From the human T2T-CHM13v2.0 reference genome, Homo sapiens, in assembly GCF_009914755.1 (NCBI RefSeq), contig NC_060925.1: a stretch of DNA of 64,000 nt. One strand, given 5' to 3'. The position numbers and the translations under genes were made by a program. The notes under the pieces were generated by a model. That model saw only the letters and a program-made list of their open reading frames with translations, was not told the DNA's origin and made no database searches. Numbering within the stretch: the first letter of the stretch is position 1; each line of letters begins with the position of its first letter. Shown here in pieces: positions 14,771 through 27,330 of the stretch.

Positions 14771-15360
14771 TATACCTATGTATAATACATGTACATGTAT
14801 TTTATATATATGTGAACTATAAAAGAGGAATTTCTCCTTAGAAATTCAAACTGAAACTTATACCTACTTTTTTACATTTTATTTACTTATTCCACACATA
14901 TGTTAACAATCCACAAAGACATAGATTAACATCATAAGTAACCTTCCTGTCCAATAGGATCTTATAGACTAATTGTGGAATTAGGCTCATAAAAATACAT
15001 TTTTAATTCAATCATATGATCATTAAATAGATAAGAACAACAAAGTTATAGAGAAGCACAAAAAAGTGAGAACTGATCATTCTACCTGGTGGAATCCAGT
15101 AAACCCTCATGAGTGAGACCATATGGCCTAAACCAAAAGTGCAGGAGAGCAACAAATATTTGTGCATAGATGTGGATGTCAATATGGAACACTATGACAC
15201 AGAAATTTAAGAAAATTGAGATTTTATGTTAGTTGGCAATGTGTCAAATTTTTCTAAGATCTCACATTGTGATCAGTATCCCTTCATATGTGTTAAGCTG
15301 TCAATTAGTATACGGGCACTGTTCACACTAACAGGATAGAGGGGTTCCTGCTTTCAGAGG

Positions 15361-15475
15361 TAGGGTACTCACATAATTTATCATTCAAATTAGTAAACTT
15401 TGAGACTGCAAAAAGAGTCTGTTAATAATTGCAGAGTGATGGGATTGTCCTAGACTAATTAGATTTATGGCACTA
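15361..15475 (+). mobile_element. MER94 (hAT-Blackjack)
   Basis: TAGGGTACTCACATAATTTATCATTCAAA...TTTGAGA...TTAATAATT...GGGATTGTCC...TATGGCACTA. Confidence 0.7.
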
Positions 15476-15576
15476 TATTCAGATGAAAATAGTATGCAAT
15501 GTGATCATACAATAGGGTTTCTAACCCTTTTTGAGGTCCTATAGAAAGCTGTACACATTAATTTTCTTCATAGAGT

Positions 15577-15745
15577 CAGGGCCAGCTCCACAAGCATGCA
15601 ATCTGTGTAGTTGCACAGGGTCCCTCACTTAAAACGGCCTTGCAGTTAGTTTAATATTTATCTGTTGCTATCTTTAAATATGTGTATTTTTTAAAAAGAG
15701 AGATCCACATTTTTATTTTCTACTGGGCCCCACAAATTATATAAA
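15577..15745 (+). mobile_element. MER91A (hAT-Tip100)
   Basis: CAGGGCCAGCT...GCACAGGGTCCC...CTGGGCCCCACAAATTAT. Confidence 0.78.
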
Positions 15746-15809
15746 AAATACTTCATAGACAACACAATTTAATCTGATTTGGTTAGAAGACAACTAGAAT
15801 GCCAGGAGA

Positions 15810-16095
15810 TTCAGGAACTATATGGTATAAGACTGGTTAAAGGACCTGGAAATGGTTAACTGAATAAAAACAAATCTAAAGACCAAGTAAATAACTACCT
15901 TAAGATAATGAAAGTTCAGATGGTTCAAAGGAGAAGTGGAATTTTCTGGTGCAGTGCCAGAAGGGGAAACAAGAACAATTCTTGGAAGTTATAGGAAAAT
16001 TGAAGAAAGGAAGAATTTCACAACAATAAAAAACAGGACATCATATAGGAATCCCCAGTATTCAATGTATTAATGCTGAGGCTTGGTGACGATAA
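15810..16095 (+). mobile_element. L3/CR1 fragment
   Basis: GGTTAAAGGACCTGGAAATGGTTAACTG, CCAGAAGGGGAAACAAGAACAAT...GGAAGTTATAGGAA and GAGGCTTGGTGAC resemble the CR1 3' region. Confidence 0.5.
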
Positions 16096-16717
16096 AGTCA
16101 TAGAGAATAAGTTTTTGCATTCATTAAGAGGAAAAATAATGATACGATCACGGTGGTACAAATGAATGCTAAGATTTTATATTCATTAAATAAATACACT
16201 GAAACTCCCTTGTCAAAATTATCTGTATCTCAGAGCTCTAGGAAGTGAAGCAGAGAACATAAAAAAAATCTACTTTCAGCTATCTTTATATAATTTTTGA
16301 GCAAAGTAAGTGAAAAGAAATTATAGAAGACTGATAGACTGCTTGCTTAAATTTTCTAAATAATGAGCCCACAAATCATTCTGACCTTAGGTGTGGTTAT
16401 GATCCTTAAATACATGACTTTAAAATTAGCAAATGATAACAATGATTAATGCATTTATTCAGCAAGTGAGGTCCGCCGTTTTTGCTTAAGCTTCACAAAG
16501 AACTTGTGAGTTAAGACTGTGTGTACTATTTTATAGAAGAAGAAACCAAAGTTCAAAGAGTTGAATTTTTAATCACATAGCTAGTTAACAGAAAATCAGT
16601 TAATTGGTTTATTTATTCATTCATGAGCTCAATAAATATATTGAGTACTTAATATGTTCAGGCTGTGCTGTGTGTTCAGAATACAAATTTGAGAAAGACA
16701 GAATAGAGTTTATACTG

Positions 16718-19378
16718 TGTCTTAGTCCATACAGGCTGTTATAACAAAACACCTTAGACTGTGTGGCTTATAAACAATAAACATTTATTTCTCAGTTCTG
16801 GAGGCTGAAAGTCCGATATCAAGGTGCTAGCATGGTTGGGTTCTGGTGAGGGCTCTCTTCCAGGTTGCAGACTGCTGAGTTTCTGCTGTGTCTTCAAATG
16901 GCAGAAGCAACTAGCTAGCTCTCTGGGTCTCTTTTATAAGGACACTCATTTCTTTCATAAGGGTTCTAATCTTATGACCTAATCACCTCCCAAAGGACCC
17001 ACCTTTGGTATTAGGAAGGTATTAGGAAATACCTTCATCCTGGGGTTAGGAGTTTAACACATAAGTTTTGGAAGGACATAAACATTCATTCAGTTCATTG
17101 CATTCCACCCCTGACCCCTCACATTCATGTCCTTCTCATATGTAAAACACGTCATTCCATCCCAGTAGCTCCAAGGCCTTAACTTTTTCTGGCATCAAAT
17201 CAAAAGTCTAAACTCCAGAGTCTACTCTAAATATTAACTAAATCAGATATGGGTGACACTCACGTAGAATTTGTCATGAGGCAAATTGCTCTCCAGCTGT
17301 GAAATCAAATGTGTTACATGCTTCCAAAATACAATGGTGGGACAGGCATGGGTTAGACATTTCCATTACAAAAGAAAAAAAATAGGAAAGGAGAAAGGGG
17401 TAACAGATCCCTAAGTCCAAAACTCAACAGGGCATAAAACATTAAAGCTGGAGAATGATTTTCTTTAACTGTATGTTCTGCCTTCCATACACGCTGGTGT
17501 GAGAGTTGGGTGCCCAAGGCTCCAGGTGCCCCAGTCCCTAGGCTTTGCTGGGAATAGCCCATGCCATAGCTCTCCTAGCTAAAGTTTCACACTGGTGGCT
17601 TCACCAGGCATTTCCTTGGTAGGGATTCTCTGAAATGACATCTCTCTCAGGGCCTGTGTCTTAAGACTCTTCATGGTTTCATCCCTCAAAATCTAGGACT
17701 ATGTAGCTAGGCCACCATGGCTGGTTCACTCTGTACTCTAGCACAGAGAACACTCTGCTGGGTTGCTGCTTAAGGGTTATTCCCTGTGCCTTCTGGAGGG
17801 GTGGGTACTGTGGTACTCTGAAATCATTTTGCCCCTCAAGTCCTAGTATTCTGGGCCTGTGATTGGAGAAACAGCTGCAGTGATCTTAGAAATGCCTTCA
17901 GGGTTGTTCTTTCATTGTCTTGATGAATAGCACCTGGCTTCTTTGAAACTGCTGATCCACGCTAATTTTCTTATCAAATGGTATCTTGGCCATACCATTG
18001 TTCTATCCTAAACAGGTCTTTTGATTTGTTTTCAATAGAATTAGGCTGAGCATTTTCCGAATTTTTAAGTTCTGCTTTCCTTTTGATTAACAATCCATCT
18101 TTAAGTCATTTCTCTCTTCTCTAACCTTACTATAAGAACTTAGAAGAAGCCAAGCCATGCCTCAACACTTTGCTGAGAAATTTCCCCAGGCAAATATCCA
18201 ATTTTATCTCTCACAATTTTGATATTAAAAAAAAAACTGGAACATGAACACAATTCAGCAAAATTCAACCTGATAACAGACACAGAAACAGAAAGGGGAC
18301 CTCTAAAAGAAAATGATATTTATTTTGGGAATGGACATTGCAATGGGAATGTACATGCCATAGTGAACTATGCATATTCAGGAAAATAAGAGAAGACAGG
18401 GGTTTTTTAAAGGAAAAATTAGGAGGATTGCCAAATTGTTTTCAGATACTTACGTTTGGCTACAAGAATCAGTAACAAAGATGATGCTGGTTTGAGGTCG
18501 GACAAGCATTTGCTGGACAGATGCCCTCTCAGAAATTTTATTTTGTGTAAAGTTGAGATGGCTGTTGTGAAAGGTTGGAGTTTTTGAGTCTTTTATGATC
18601 GTTCTTGTTATCAGGTATTCATGTCTGAGAACCCTCCCTTTATAGCTTTTTTAGGCTCCATTTGTCAGGGTTTTTAACACGAGTGACCCCATTTTGAGTC
18701 TGCTAACTGTCACAACTGTAAGCACTCAAGAGAAGCCAAGCCACACCTTCAACACTTTGCTTAGAGATTCTCCAGCCAAATATCCAATTTTATTGCTCAC
18801 AAATTCTATCTTTCACAAAACACTAGAACCAAGCAGAATTCAGCCAAGTTATTTACTATCACTTTATAAGAAACACAGTCTTTCCTTCATGGCCCAATAA
18901 TATGTTCCTCATTTCCATCTGAGAACTCATCAGAATGGCTTTTCTGTCTGTATTTCCAAAGCTTCTTTCACATTTTTAGATATGTGTTACAGCAGTACCT
19001 CCATTTCTCTGTACCATTTTTCTATCCTAATCAATTAGGGCTGCTATTAATAATAAAATACTATAAACTGGATGACTTATAAACAACAACTATTTGTTTC
19101 TCATAGTTCTGGAGGCTAAGAAGTATAAGATCAAGGTAATTTTGGTGCCTGGCAAATGCCTATTTCCTCATAGATGGTCATCTTCTCATTGAAGCCTCAC
19201 GTGAAATGACTAGCTAGCTCTCTGAGACTTTTTTATACAGGCATTAATACCATTCATGAAAGCTCCACCCACATGAACTAATCACGGTTCAAAGTCCACA
19301 CCTCCTAATACCATCTCCATGGGGTTTAGGTTATTAACAAATAAATGTTGAAGGGACCCGAATCTTACGTCCACTGTA
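16718..19378 (-). mobile_element. MLT1A0-like MaLR provirus: LTR (16718-17102), internal region, LTR (19023-19378)
   Basis: Two homologous LTRs in the same orientation. PPT-like TTCCACCCCTGACCCCT follows the left LTR, and the MaLR internal start precedes the right LTR. TSD-like TACTG / CACTG. Confidence 0.85.
18271..18714 (-). mobile_element. ERV1 solo LTR (MER67-like) nested in the MLT1 internal region
   Basis: TG...CA termini. Sense start TGTGACAGTTAGCAGACTCAAAATGGGGTCACTCGTGTTAAAAACCCTGACAAATGGAGCC. Confidence 0.72.
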
Positions 19379-19588
19379 CACTGTAACAGACCAAGAGTTT
19401 ATAGCAAACTGTTTGCTTTAATGCATTCCAAAGAAAACTCTCAGCCAACTTTTCTCTTTGGCAAGCAATTCTTATTTTGAGTAATTTATCTGCACGGATC
19501 ATATTTATTTAGCCTTTATTTTGCCTGGTACTGTGATATCAGGAAGTAAAGAAGGCATGTTTCTTGTCTTTTGAGAGGTATAGGAAGA

Positions 19589-19634
19589 ATATATATATAT
19601 ATATATATTTACATATATATATATATATATTTAC

Positions 19635-19676
<42 letters not shown>
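19589..19676. repeat. Interrupted (TA)n microsatellite
   Basis: Direct reading. Confidence 0.97.
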
Positions 19677-19809
19677 GCAACTGACCATAAATACCAAGCA
19701 GAATAAAATAAGTGGTAGGCATATTTCTTACATTGTATGTAAGAAATATTCTAGATTTAATATTGGAAATATTGTAATGTGAAGGAGGAGAAGAAATGGG
19801 AGAGTTGAT

Positions 19810-21060
19810 CATGACTGGGTTATCAGGAAAGGCTTTGTGGAGAAGGTGAGCTGAGAACCCTGATATATGGATAAAAGCTCAAAATTATGAAGACAAACTC
19901 CAGAAGAAGACATGTTATGATGTATAAACCTACACAATCACAGCAGTCAACCAAGTAACTAGCAAATATCTAACAATAAGTGATTATTAAATTAATATAA
20001 AAATTAATTTATTGGTGTGTATTTAACATTGAACAAGAAGAAGGATCAAAGTCACAAGGTTATGAATGTTCATGTGGTATTTGGGTAGTGAGTAGTCTGA
20101 AGAGTCTGAATGATGAGTTATTTGGCAAGGTTTATGGACAGGTACTTATGGAAGAAAGAGGAAATGATACTCATAAAAAGCAAGTAGGAATCAAATTGTG
20201 GAAAGCCTTGGCTGTTTAATTGAAACTTGAAGTTAATCCATCAGGAAAAGGCAAGCCTGTGACTTTTAGCACCTAGCATCTATCACAGTGTGTTAAACAA
20301 TAGTAAACAATAAGTGTTTGCCGAGTGAATAAATAAAAATGTGAAATAACAAATGAGTAAGAGAGTAACACTCATCAGTTTATTCAACAAATATTTGTTG
20401 AGCACTGCTCTGTACTAAGCACTGTGCTACAAAAGCAAGAAAGAAATTATCTTTGTCCTCATACACCTCCCTGGCTGCTGTGGCATACACACGTCAGTGA
20501 GCAATGATAATGGTATATGAGATGAGCACTAGAGAGGTGAAAACGAACGTTCTTTGGAGCAGTTCAGAAAGATTTTCTAACCTAGTTTATGTGAATTTTC
20601 AGGTTTATTTTATTCTTATTTTTTCAGGGAAAAGTGGTTAGTGAAGGACAAATAACATAAGAAAATGACCTCTACGTTAAGGCATAAAATATGAGCAAGA
20701 GTTACGAAGAAGAAAGAACAAAGTGTGCAAAGATTTAAAAGATAGAAACGTTAAGTAAACCATTCAAAGAAAGCCATAGGAAGAGCTATCCTGGAGACAT
20801 AGAAAAGAAAGAGACAAAAGATAAACTTATAAAACTGAGAAGCTAAATGCCAGGAGGTCAGTGAGGTAACTAACACAGTAGTTCATGGGAGAAGTGACTA
20901 AGGCAGTGGCAATGGGAATGGAAGAGGGGGACGTCTATTTAACTGTCATGTACTCAATGTTCAATAAATACTACATGGCAACAAAATCTGGGGACTGATT
21001 GCTTATGTAGAATAAAGTAGAAAAGTCAGGCAAAATTGACCCTGAGGTTTAAAGTTTGTG
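19810..21060. mobile_element. Cluster of L2 fragments in both orientations
   Basis: TCAGGAAAGGCTTTGTGGAGAAGGTGA; CAATAAGTGTTTGCCGAGTGAATAAAT; TTTATTCAACAAATATTTGTTGAGCAC; ACTAAGGCAGTGGCAATGGGAATGGAAG. Confidence 0.55.
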
Positions 21061-21109
21061 GCATTAAATTGATTTTTACTATGTAATTTTACATTGGAAA
21101 TACAGTCAT

Positions 21110-21640
21110 TATATCAATCAGTGTTCTCCAGAGAGATAGAGCCAACAGGACATATGTATAGATATGTAGAGAGGGAGATTTATTATTATTATTTTATTTT
21201 ATTATTGAAAATTTGGCTTACATGATTATGGAGGCTGAGAAGTTCTAAGATCTGCTGTCTCCAAGCCAGAGACCCAGAAAAGCTGATAGCATAGCTTCAG
21301 TCTAACCCTAAAGGCCTGAGAACCATGGTAACCAAAGATAAAATCCAGTTCAATTCCAAAGGTCCAAGAACGAGCAGGACTCATGTCCAAGGGCAGGAGA
21401 AGATGGAAGGCCCAGATTAAGTTGAGAGTGAATTCACCCTTCTTCTACCTCTTTGTTCATTCAAGCCCTCAGTGGATTGGATGAGGCCCACCCACACTGG
21501 TGAGGATGATCTTTTCTCCTCAGTCTACTGATTCAAATGCTCATATGTTTAGAAAACACCCTCACACACACACAATGTTTTACCAAGTATCTGGCCATCC
21601 TGTAGGCCAGTCAACTTGACTCATAAAATTAACCATCACA
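21110..21640 (-). mobile_element. MLT2 (MLT2B-like, ERVL) solo LTR
   Basis: Ends CCAGTCAACTTGACTCATAAAATTAACCATCACA and starts ...GTTCTCCAGAGA. TSD-like GTCAT / GACAT. Confidence 0.88.
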
Positions 21641-21717
21641 GACATTGAGGAGATTTTGAGGCTAAGTTAGTAAATTAGTAAATTTAATTCTGTGTATTTT
21701 ATATACATTTAAGAAGT

Positions 21718-22210
21718 TGATGAGGTTCAGGGCACACTGCCCCAAAATATGGCACCTTGGCAATTGAGAAAACGGCAGCAGAAAGCTGCTCTCTCTTCCC
21801 CCTCGCCTTTCTCCCCTGAAGTAGATCATAAAAATCTTCACTCCAGAGGTACCCTCTCTATAGTTGGCACTAAGGAGCATTCTTATCCTCCAAGACACAG
21901 ACACATCAAAAAGAACAAACAGAACTTGCTAAATTTCCCTCAGTTTATTACCAATAGATCAGTCCCCATTTGCTCAATCATACCTCTGTACCACTGTCTA
22001 CTCTTCATCAAACCTAAGAAGAAACCTAAGAATAAGAATACATGTTTCCCTGTTTTTGGGGGTCTTCATTTCTAAAGAACCTCTGTCATGGTCATGTAAA
22101 ATTTACGTGAAAATATTTGTATGCTCTTCTTTTGTTAATCTTTTGTTATAGGGGCCACAACGATGAACCTTGCAATGGGTGAGGAAAAGAAATTAATTTT
22201 TTCCCTTACA
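21718..22210 (+). mobile_element. ERV1 solo LTR, MER34 family
   Basis: TGATGAGGTTCAGGGCACACTGCCCCAAAATATGGCACCTTGGCA...TTTTTCCCTTACA. TSD-like AAGT / AAAT. Confidence 0.75.
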
Positions 22211-22991
22211 AAATCTACCTACCATCTCTTTGGTATTACCTAACAGAGTGTGAAATATTGTATTTAGAGCTCAAATATCATATTGGTAAAGGGCAGTCCT
22301 CAGGAAAATCCTCTTCCTCACACAACCTTGTAGCAATTTTTCCTTTCCGTGGAAAGCAAATGGGATTAACAAATGGTATTTTCTATTGTTCTTAAGCAAG
22401 AGATTGTCAATATGGGATTAACCTTTCCAAAAAGGTAGGCTGCTTCTCTACTTTAAGAGATTATACAACACCTGAAAATCTCCTACTCAAAGGCTTTTAA
22501 CTTTTGTTTAATCTTTTAATGTACATGCCTAAATAAATAACTTGCAGGAAAATATGTTCCTTTGAATATTGAATAAAGCAAAACAAAATTATGCTTGGAT
22601 ATTTCTTAATTTCTGCATAAGGAGGATAATGATAAGAATCAGAATGATCTCTTCTCCCTTGATGAAAGTGTTGCCCATAGAAGCTTGTCCTTAGGCTGCT
22701 ACCAAAGATCCTTCCATGTCCACTCTTTTCCCTAAGCGAGCCCTTATTTCTTAGAACATTGAAAAATCCCATCTTTGACAAAGATCCAAATGCAGTATTG
22801 CTTGGCATTTACTTAATAGGGAATTAAAGGAAAGTGAAATCCCTTCACTGGAGTTTGTGTATTGATGTTCCAAAATATCTATCTCACTGCAACCAGAGAA
22901 ATCAAAGTATAGTTTAGCCCAGAGAGCAAGGCATCCATCATTTTGGAAGATCTTGGAATATTTAGAAAGACAGTTATAGCATTTGAGCCCA

Positions 22992-23100
22992 TGAGAAAGA
23001 GTAAGAGAGTAGAGACAGAGAGGGGAGGGAGAGAGGAACAGAGAGAAAGAAAAGGAGAGAGGTGTGAAGAAAGGGGAAGAAAGGAGAGGGGAGAGAAAAT
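22992..23100. repeat. GA-rich low-complexity tract
   Basis: Nearly all-purine run of ~110 bp. Confidence 0.85.
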
Positions 23101-23149
23101 ACAAAATAGTTGAGGCCAAAACTCAGAGGAAAATATCTCTAGAGAGGCC

Positions 23150-23470
23150 TAGTGAAGACAGAAACTTTTAGAGGAGAAGGCTGAGATGAATAATTTAAAC
23201 TGAATATTTTGAAGAAACAAAATTTTAGGAGAGAGGAAAAGTGAAACCAATTTAATGGAAGTTGTTAAGAAATGGTTGAAAGGGTAAAGACAGAGGCGAG
23301 ACTATTGGATCTGACCACGAGGAGCTCTTTGGTAATTCTGATAGAGCCATTTTCACAAAACATTTCTACTAGACACAAGGGAAGAGAAATGGATATTGTA
23401 GAGATCATATTTATGATGGCAGTGATAAATGTGAAATGAGATAGGGAGTGTGTGAAGGTGAAATGTTTTT
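23150..23470 (-). mobile_element. L2 fragment
   Basis: ACTATTGGATCTGACCACGAGGAGCTCTTTGGTAATTCTGATAAGAGCCATTT. Confidence 0.5.
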
Positions 23471-24064
23471 GGATTTTAAGAGAAGTCATATTTCTACAGC
23501 ATTGTGGCCTATTACCCTGAGCTCAATTTCTTAGTCTTAATAGCTGTAGTAAGGTCTAGTGGGATGACAAAATCAGCCTCCTGTGGAGAGTCCATTTCTC
23601 ACTAAGTCCATCCTTCAATATTTTGAGCAAACAACAGAAATTAAATACACAAGGTCGGTGCATTTCAGTCATTCAGGTTAATCTTTTTAATTCAGATATA
23701 TTAGCCAGATAGATGACACTTATGTTTCATTACTTTTCAAGTCCAGTTAATCCTTAATCCTAATTATGCCTGACCTGATCCAAAGTGAACAGAAATTCAT
23801 TTTCAATGAAGTAAACAGGAACTATAGAGCTTTTGTTATTTGTTAGAACAAGCCTTATTAAATAGCAAGCATCTGCTCTCCACTCCAGTTATTGTTCATA
23901 GGTTTTAAGAGTCTAGGTTAAGTAGAGTTGTCAGATTTCACTTTGTTGGGTAATGAAGTCAGAAACATGAATTAATCACAGCTCGAATTTGTGTTATATA
24001 TTGCAGTTTGCTAGCACATTTATTACTTTATTTGATTCTGATAATGCTGGGAAGTAAGTAGGTT

Positions 24065-24205
24065 TGACTCCTTACCTATATAATGGGAATAAAAATTATG
24101 CTTTCATTATAGGGATGATGTGAAGATTAAATAAGTTAATAAATTCAAGGTGCTTAAAACTGTACCAGGCACATAGCAAATGTTCAATAAATGGGAGCTG
24201 CTTTG
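24065..24205 (+). mobile_element. MIR 3' half
   Basis: ATAGGGATGATGTGAAGATTAAATAAGTTAAT...GGTGCTTAAAACTGTACCAGGCACATAGCAAATGTTCAATAAATG. Confidence 0.8.
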
Positions 24206-25111
24206 GTTGATACTATTATTATGATTATTAAGGTCAGTGTACTTTGTATAGTCTGTATCTCACTGAAAGAAGAGGGAGAGAAAACAGGATGATCAGAGGG
24301 ACAGGGAAGGCAGAACAAATGGAAAGAAAAAGGATGGATTAATACCGGGCATATAGATGAGAGAATCCGAACCTTGCTGATTTGAAGAGGCTCTTTGGGT
24401 TAATGCCACGTCATTAAGAAAAGTGGATTGAAGCTGATATATTAAACTGGTATTGATTAGCTTTGTAAATGTCCATTCTCTTGCAGTCAGTAATGGGAGA
24501 TCATTTAGATAAGAAGAAAGTGTGAAGACACAGGGCATTCTAGGGATTAAATTAAAGGACTGAGAACCACTGACCATCTGTATGACCCTGTGTGCTTGAA
24601 ATTAATCTGTCAGGGCCTGAGCTACCTTCTCTACAGCATGGACTTAAATAACAGTTTCTTATGTTTATATTGCCGTGAGGCTATTAAAGACAGAAAGGCA
24701 TTTGGGGTCCTTCACATAGGCTGAATCCAATAATAAAGAATGTCAACAAATTGCACCCTCAGTTTTTTACTCATTATTTGCTTTGTTCTATCTAGCCTGA
24801 GTTCAAACCTTCATTATGCCTCACCTGAACAATTTCATGACTTAATACTCTTCAGTTCTTCCTCCCCCCAATCCATCTGCAATAGTATCTACCAAACATA
24901 TATATGATCAACTTAATCCCACTGCCCAACAAATAATCAAGTCAAACTGCAGCCTGGATTTCACAACATGAGACTAGAATTTTTATATTAAAGCTTAGTC
25001 ATTAGGTCCTTGGTTCTACACTTATACAGACTAATTTCCTATTGCTGTTCCACCATCATTAGCTGTGTGACTTGGCCTTTCCTGATTTCTATTTTTATTT
25101 ATTAAAAAAAA

Positions 25112-25338
25112 ACTTTACTGCTTATTATGTATCAAACACTTTACAAATATTACCTGTTTAATCTTCTAACTTGCCCTATACAGTAAGATCAAGTCCATTT
25201 TACAAATGAGAAAACTGAGGCACGGGGCGATTGCTTACTACACTAAAGTCACACAACTTATAAGTTATAGATGTGAGATTTAAACACTGGTGGTCTAACT
25301 CCAAGTCTGCATTCTACTTGTATATTGTGCTGCTGTCT
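25112..25338 (-). mobile_element. MIR
   Basis: Core CCATTTTACAAATGAGAAAACTGAGGCAC. Confidence 0.8.
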
Positions 25339-25629
25339 TATACTCTACCACCAATCACTTCAGACTTCTGTTTATTTTGATAATATAGCAAGTATTTTTA
25401 TACTACTGAACAAAAGATGATACGCTTTTTAAAGACAAGAGCACATTGTTGTTCTTAAAATCCCCTGTAACTAGAACAGTGCTTAGCAGGAAGTAGACCA
25501 TACATGAATAAATTAATCAATCCATCAATCTGTCAGCCAGAGTCCCCTGATGCAATTTTCCTTCCATTAGTAATACAGGATCCCAGGTACTGTCTTTGAC
25601 CCTAGAGTAGAATAAAGTTCCCAGAAGAC

Positions 25630-25755
25630 CCAGAGTTTAGATTTAGAAACCTCAGATTTAAGTTCCAGTTCTGCTGCTTCCAAACTCTGTGGCCTTGGCC
25701 ATGTCAATTAACCTCTCTGTGTTTTTTTTTCTTCAACCTCAGAGAAAGGACATTA

Positions 25756-25799
<44 letters not shown>

Positions 25800-25870
25800 C
25801 ACAACTATTGCAAGGATCAAATAAGAGAAGCTATATGAAAGTACCTAGAAAAGTTCTATAAACAACTGTG
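25630..25870 (+). mobile_element. MIR containing an (AC)n microsatellite
   Basis: TCTGTGGCCTTGGCCATGTCAATTAACCTCTCTGTG...CAAGGATCAAATAAGAG. Confidence 0.7.
25758..25798. repeat. Perfect (AC)20 microsatellite
   Basis: Direct reading. Confidence 0.97.
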
Positions 25871-26520
25871 TGAATTTGTTAATAATAGGAAAGTAATGAT
25901 TCCCCGTTGTAGTCCTCAGAAAGGGAATAGGCTAAAAGACTGATTTAGGAGTGTTACTAACTACAAAAGTCATCTATAGTAGCTGGAACAAATTGACTTG
26001 AAAACTAGGCAGTGCTGCTGATAGTTCATATTTGAGAACAAGTGCAGTTTTTATGAACTGCTATGAGCTGTATCAAGGTCTTTTAGCTTTCTGGAACCCT
26101 CATTTTCAGAGTAAGTAATCCATCAATATACTTGGCCCTATTCTCTTCCTCCAAGTTGCCCTCATTGTCACCTTCATGACAGGACGTGGACATCACTGTT
26201 CTTTACATGGAAACTCCACCAAGCGCTCTGCATCCACTCAGGTAGTTGTCCACACCCATCCCACTTCTGTTTCTATGATGTTCCTGGATACAGATTTAGA
26301 TTTTGTAAAATGTTTTCATGTTTTTTTACATACTTATAGCCTTGTCCTTTGAATTTGATTCCCTAACTTGATGATTTTTAACAAAAAATCTGGTTCATAA
26401 TCATAATAATGCTGCCTCATGGCACTCTTGGAGAAACACTGACCTTAACCCTCCCTCCCAGTTTCAACTCAGCTCCGAGATCATGCAGGCTTATGGTAGC
26501 CCCCAGATCAGGCACCCAAC

Positions 26521-26955
26521 TGTTGAAAGGAAAACCTTAGACAAATTAAACTTAACAGAGTTTAATTGAGCCAAGAATTACTGGCAAATCCTGCAAGACC
26601 CAAATCAGAATAGGTCCAGTGAGGTTCCAGCATGGTTCCACATGGTTCCACATGGTTCCAGTAAGGTTCCACATGGTGGAAGAACATTTAAAGATAGAAA
26701 AAGGAAAGTGAGATATAAAAAATGAAATGAGGTATAGAAACAGCCAGATTGGTTACAGGCCAGTGTCTTTGCCTTGTCTGAACATGATTTGAACAGTTGG
26801 CTGCCTTTGACTGGCCAGACTTCGTGACTGGCACAAGAGTAGGTTACAGTCTATTTCCATATCCAGTTAGGTTATGGTTCATTCTGTATGGAGAAATTTT
26901 TAGGCCAAACTTAGAATATGTAAGGAGGCAGATTTAGGCTAGAATTCATTTAACA
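26521..26955 (-). mobile_element. MER57 (B-like) ERV1 solo LTR
   Basis: Sense start TGTTAAATGAATTCTAGCCTAAATCTGCCTCCTTACATATT. Perfect 4-bp TSD CAAC (26517-26520 / 26956-26959). Confidence 0.88.
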
Positions 26956-27185
26956 CAACTCATCACATTCTTGGTAAAACTGTACTTCTGAGTATATGTG
27001 CTTTGTTATTGCCGACGAGAGAGCTGAATGCTAAGCTTGGTAGTACATGTGGTATTCTCTATCTATTTCGGAAAAGTCATGCACCTATGTGAGAACCTAA
27101 ACATCATGTAATAAAATTTACTTACTTAGAAATCTTGCATTGATTCATGTTTCTACCCAACAAGAGTTTTAAAATAAAAGAAGGG

Positions 27186-27330
27186 CTACTTGGGAAGCTG
27201 AAGTGGGAAGATTGCTTGAGCCCAGGAGTTTGAGATCCAGCCTGGGTAACATAGCAAGACCCAGTCTTTGTCTAAAAAACAAACAACTTAATTAATTAAT
27301 TAATTTAAAATTAAATTAAATTAGATTAAA
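27186..27330 (+). mobile_element. FLAM/AluJ monomer fragment with AT-rich tail
   Basis: GCTACTTGGGAAGCTGAAGTGGGAAGATTGCTTGAGCCCAGGAGTTTGAG...CAGCCTGGGTAACATAGCAAGACCC. Confidence 0.85.
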
